A program made the translations under genes and the position numbers. From positions 1-21,663 of the forward strand of contig JAYODI010000094.1 of assembly GCA_038279365.1 (NCBI GenBank): 21,663 nucleotides of DNA, written 5' to 3'. Shown one piece after another: positions 18,058-21,663 of this stretch. The stretch comes from Candidatus Latescibacterota bacterium (GTDB lineage Bacteria > Latescibacterota > UBA2968). A model generated the notes under the pieces. That model saw only the letters and a list, made by a program, of their open reading frames with translations, was not told the DNA's origin and ran no database searches. How positions within the stretch are numbered: position 1 is the first letter of the stretch; the number at the start of each line of letters is the position of its first letter.

Positions 18058-18097
18058 GGCCCCTTTTTGTTTAGACAAGAAGGGGCCTATTTTATTT
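18058..18097 (+). terminator. Intrinsic terminator
   Basis: GGCCCCTTTTTGT-TTAG-ACAAGAAGGGGCC 13-bp stem (one G-U pair), followed by TATTTTATTT. Confidence 0.75.
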
Positions 18098-18248
18098 GTG
18101 GTGTTGGTGAAATGCTTCTTGAACTGGCGGCAGGTTTGGAGAGCATCAAATATACTCTGACAGACAATAGAATATTCACTATTTTAGATTTTCTATGAAT
18201 GCAGACTTTTTTTCTTCATGGCATGACGCATTTAAAGGAGCAAACTTG

Positions 18249-19112
18249 ATGGTGGTTGATTTGGTGGTGTTTTCGGACAAAATTTATGACATTGTGCCCC
18301 AACCGTGTCACATTGAGACGGTTGCATCGGGGTTTGAAAAAACGGAAGGCCCTGTTTGGGTGGCAGATGAGCAGGTATTCTTTTTTACCGATTTCTCAGC
18401 TGAGAAGATATATCAATGGCATGATGGGGATGGATTGCGTGTTTTTCGGGAAAAAAGCAACCGCGCAGTGGGAATGGCATTGGATAAAAAAGGATGTTTG
18501 ATTGCGTGTGAAGGCATCACGAGACGGGTGACAAGAACCGAGAAAAATGGTGACATCACACCAGTGGCGACGCATTATGAAGGAAAAAGATTAAACAGCC
18601 CGAACGATGTGGTTGTGAAATCGGATGGGGCCATTTATTTTACAGATCCGAGAAGCCGTTATTTAACGGACGAACAGGAACTGGATTTTAATGGCGTTTT
18701 CAAAATGGATCCCACCGATGGTCAGGTGCATTTGTTGACGTCTGAATTTCAGTGGCCCAATGGATTGTGTTTTTCGCCTGATGAAATGCGTTTGTACATC
18801 AATGACTCAAGCCGCCAGCATATCAAAGTTTTTGAGGTGTTGGATGACGGCACTGTGGGACAGGGGCGTCTCTTTTGTGAGTTGGATAAGGCGTATGGCA
18901 AGGGGGCGCCCGATGGCATGAAGGTTGATGCGGAGGGGCGTGTTTATGTGACTGGGCCGGGTGGTGTGTGGGTGATTGATGTGACGGGAGAACCACTGGG
19001 GATCATCAAGATACCAGAAGGGGTTTTAAACATTGGTTTTGCTGGATCAACGCTCTATTTGACGGCACAATCGAAAGTTTTGCGTATCGGATTGCAGGTG
19101 TCGGGTATTTAG
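18249..19112 (+). CDS. SMP-30/gluconolactonase family protein
   Basis: AAGGAG SD. TEGPVW, LNSPNDVVVKSDGAIYFTDP, PNGLCFSPD and PDGMKVD motifs. Confidence 0.93.
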   Translation: MVVDLVVFSDKIYDIVPQPCHIETVASGFEKTEGPVWVADEQVFFFTDFSAEKIYQWHDGDGLRVFREKSNRAVGMALDKKGCLIACEGITRRVTRTEKNGDITPVATHYEGKRLNSPNDVVVKSDGAIYFTDPRSRYLTDEQELDFNGVFKMDPTDGQVHLLTSEFQWPNGLCFSPDEMRLYINDSSRQHIKVFEVLDDGTVGQGRLFCELDKAYGKGAPDGMKVDAEGRVYVTGPGGVWVIDVTGEPLGIIKIPEGVLNIGFAGSTLYLTAQSKVLRIGLQVSGI

Positions 19113-19141
19113 CGTACACCTAAAAACAGGAAGGATTGTAT

Positions 19142-20170
19142 ATGGAGTATTGTAGTTTGGGGCGATCTGGTTTAAAAGTGAGTCGGTTGTGTTTGGGCAC
19201 GGGAAATTTTGGCACGGGGGGTGCAGAAAAGGCAAATTGGGGAACGGTTGGCGAAAAAGAGGCTTTTGATATTATGGATGCCGCCCTTGATGCTGGGATT
19301 AATTTTTTTGATACGGCAAATGTTTATGGGGGTGTGGGGCACCGAGGGTATACGGAGGAGATCATTGGGCGGTGGTTTGCACAAGGCGGTGGGCGAAGAG
19401 AAAAGACGGTGTTGGCCACCAAGGTGGGGCGGGTGATGGAAGAAGATGAATACGATGGTCCAAATAAACCCGAAGGATTGTCTTTGTATAAAATTCGCCG
19501 CCATTTTGAAGGGTCTTTAAAACGTTTGCAAACCGATCATGTTGAGTTGCTTCAGATGCACAAAGTGGATCGCAGTGTGACGTGGGATGAATTGTGGGAA
19601 GCTTTTGAAGGATTGGTTCGGCAGGGGAAGTTGGATTATGTGGGTTCGAGCAATTCCTCTGCGTGGGATATTATGAAGGCACAGCATGCAGCAAAAGATC
19701 GCCATTTTATGGGGTTGGTTAGTGAACAGGCACGCTATGATTTGTTGGGTCGATTGGCTGAGTTAGAAATTATTCCTGCGGTGACTGATTTGGGGATTGG
19801 GTTGACCATCTTTAGTCCATTGGTGCGCGGTTTACTGGGTATTGATATGTTAAAACCTTTTGCGCGGCCGTTGTCGGATGTTGCACGCAAACAAATGGAT
19901 ATGTATAAAACGCAGTTGACGGCATTTTCACATTTGTGTCGAGACTTGGGTGAGGCAGAGGCCACTGTGGCATTGGCTTGGACGTTGTCAAATGCGGCTG
20001 TATCTTCGGTGATTATTGGCCCGTGTTCTGTTGATGATTTGCAGGCGTTGCTTCGATCTGTTGCATTGAAACTGGATGCATCAACTTTGGAAAAGTTAGA
20101 CGAGATTTTTCCTGGGCCGGGGCCTTATCATTCATCGACAAATCAAAGGGTTCGTTTTGCAAAAAAGTAA
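19142..20170 (+). CDS. Aldo/keto reductase (Tas-like / aryl-alcohol dehydrogenase-like)
   Basis: LGRSGLKVSRLCLGT, DTANVYG, LATKV, SLKRLQTDHVELLQMH and SPL..GLL motifs; AGGAAGGA SD. Confidence 0.92.
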   Translation: MEYCSLGRSGLKVSRLCLGTGNFGTGGAEKANWGTVGEKEAFDIMDAALDAGINFFDTANVYGGVGHRGYTEEIIGRWFAQGGGRREKTVLATKVGRVMEEDEYDGPNKPEGLSLYKIRRHFEGSLKRLQTDHVELLQMHKVDRSVTWDELWEAFEGLVRQGKLDYVGSSNSSAWDIMKAQHAAKDRHFMGLVSEQARYDLLGRLAELEIIPAVTDLGIGLTIFSPLVRGLLGIDMLKPFARPLSDVARKQMDMYKTQLTAFSHLCRDLGEAEATVALAWTLSNAAVSSVIIGPCSVDDLQALLRSVALKLDASTLEKLDEIFPGPGPYHSSTNQRVRFAKK

Positions 20171-20262
20171 AACAGATATCTTGTTGAGAACACGCCCCTT
20201 TTTTTCATTATCAACTTGCAACCCACAGATGGATTTCGTTTTATCCTGACAAGGAGTTTGTT

Positions 20263-21420
20263 ATGGCCAAATATCGCACTGCTGTTATTGCTTGTGGTAT
20301 CATTGCGCGTGTACACACACGCGGTTGGTTGGGTGTGGAAGGGCGGCCCACAGAGATTGCGGCCTTGGCCGATACGAACCCCGATGCCAGGGGTGATTTT
20401 GGCGACTTTTTTGGTGTGGGTGAAGCCCATCGTTACAGCGATTATCGTGAGATGCTTGACAAGGAACGACCCGATTTTGTGGATGTGTGTTCTTGGCATC
20501 AGCAACATGCCGAAATGGTGATTGCTGCCGCCGCGCGACAACCCAAAGCGATTTTGTGTCAAAAGCCGATGGCGGTTGATTTGCAACAAGCCGACGAGAT
20601 GCTAACGGCCTGTGCGAGAAACAATGTGAAGTTGATGATTGCGTATCAACGCCCGCATCATGCGGTGTGGCTCAAGGCACGTGATCTTATAAGAGATGGT
20701 GCGATTGGCAAGGTGTCACAAATTCAGGTGGTATGTGGAGGTAATTTGCTCAACACCAATTCACACAACATTCGTTTGGCGCTTTTTTTAATGGATGAAC
20801 CCAAGGTTCAGTGGGTGATGGGAGGGGTTGAACGGACGATGGATTTGGTGGAGCGTGGTTTGCCTGCCGAAGATGCGTGTATGGGGATTGCAGGGTGTGA
20901 CAATGGTGCATCTGTTTTGATTTTGGGCAATTTGATTGATGGTTTGGGGCAAGGGTGTCGGGTGATTGGCAGTGATGGGATCATGGAACTGAGCACGGCT
21001 CGATCACCTGACAGTGAGGTGCCCAGTGATGAACCCATGTATTCACCGGAAGGGCCTTCGGCACGTTATAATTGTGAATATGGAACAGGTCGATATATCA
21101 GCTCCTCTTTGCAGGGTTGGCAAGAGATTGAGGCGCCACGCCATGATTGTTGGGCGCATCAGTGTCAGGAGGCGATTGATTGGGTGGAAGGAAAAATTGA
21201 CAAGCCTATTAGTGGTGCAGACCGAGGGCGTGCGGTGCAAGAGGTGATGATGGCGTTGTTTGAATCGGCTCGGAAAAAACAACGTATCTATATGCCATTA
21301 AAAACAGGTGTGAACCCGCTGAGCTTGATGGTGGAAAAAGGTGACTTGCCTATTGAGTGGCCGGGGCGCAGAGAAGTGCGCTCACGGTTGATACGTGGTG
21401 AGGGCATGTCTTGGCATTAG
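20263..21420 (+). CDS. Gfo/Idh/MocA family oxidoreductase
   Basis: AAGGAG SD. N-terminal Rossmann ACGIIA, PDFVDVC, CQKPMA and GAIGKV motifs. Confidence 0.9.
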   Translation: MAKYRTAVIACGIIARVHTRGWLGVEGRPTEIAALADTNPDARGDFGDFFGVGEAHRYSDYREMLDKERPDFVDVCSWHQQHAEMVIAAAARQPKAILCQKPMAVDLQQADEMLTACARNNVKLMIAYQRPHHAVWLKARDLIRDGAIGKVSQIQVVCGGNLLNTNSHNIRLALFLMDEPKVQWVMGGVERTMDLVERGLPAEDACMGIAGCDNGASVLILGNLIDGLGQGCRVIGSDGIMELSTARSPDSEVPSDEPMYSPEGPSARYNCEYGTGRYISSSLQGWQEIEAPRHDCWAHQCQEAIDWVEGKIDKPISGADRGRAVQEVMMALFESARKKQRIYMPLKTGVNPLSLMVEKGDLPIEWPGRREVRSRLIRGEGMSWH

Positions 21421-21461
21421 CGTGAGGTGTTTGAAATATGGTTGCGGTAACCACATCACTA

Positions 21462-21663
21462 TCGCGCCGGAATAAATTCCAGCGCTAAGATAGGAAAGTC
21501 CTTCGGACTGAAGATCAGAAGCTTAATCAAATGATTGTCGATTGGTGTAACAATTTCGCGCCGGAATAAATTCCAGCGCTAAGATGGGGAAGTCCTTCGG
21601 ATTGAAGGTCAGAAGCTTAATCAAATGATTGTCGATTGGTGTAACAATTTCGCGCCGGAATAA
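21462..21663. repeat. 94-bp tandem repeat of REP-like double-hairpin units (2 full copies plus a partial third, running off the window)
   Basis: Units start at 21462, 21556 and 21650. Copies 1 and 2 differ by 4 transitions. Each unit carries the hairpins GCGCCGGAAT-AA-ATTCCAGCGC and AGTCC-TTC-GGACT. Confidence 0.9.

Noticed and set aside
74-21282. Numerous short antisense or alternate-frame ORFs in the track (e.g. 7336..7977, 14583..15146, 2825..3337)
   Set aside because: They overlap well-supported genes, show no recognisable motifs, and are expected shadows of the skewed composition.
21462-21663. CRISPR array
   Set aside because: The sequence between the palindromes is identical from copy to copy, so there are no unique spacers, and no cas genes are in the window.

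Overview
Bacterial genomic window with about 20 CDSs, all on the + strand except one MFS transporter; the + strand is strongly G/T-rich. Most genes are catabolic or redox enzymes: serine hydrolase, sulfatase, MDR dehydrogenase, PL11-like lyase, DUF1295, RspA/ManD-like dehydratase, TauD-family dioxygenase, heparinase II/III-like protein, HI0933 flavoprotein, two aldo/keto reductases, DUF2132, SGNH hydrolase, gluconolactonase and Gfo/Idh/MocA. The window ends in a 94-bp tandem array of REP-like double-hairpin units. The main finding is a gene the ORF track only partly captures. 15738..16403 reads as a 221-codon protein with a signal peptide, two in-frame TGA codons forming a U-V-G-U (UxxU) motif followed by a SECIS-like hairpin, and a beta-barrel-like body ending in Phe. 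It lies 13 nt upstream of an exported YHS + TlpA thioredoxin fusion. I interpret this as a candidate envelope redox or metal-handling system built around a double-selenocysteine protein. Family assignments come from motif recognition only; no searches were run.
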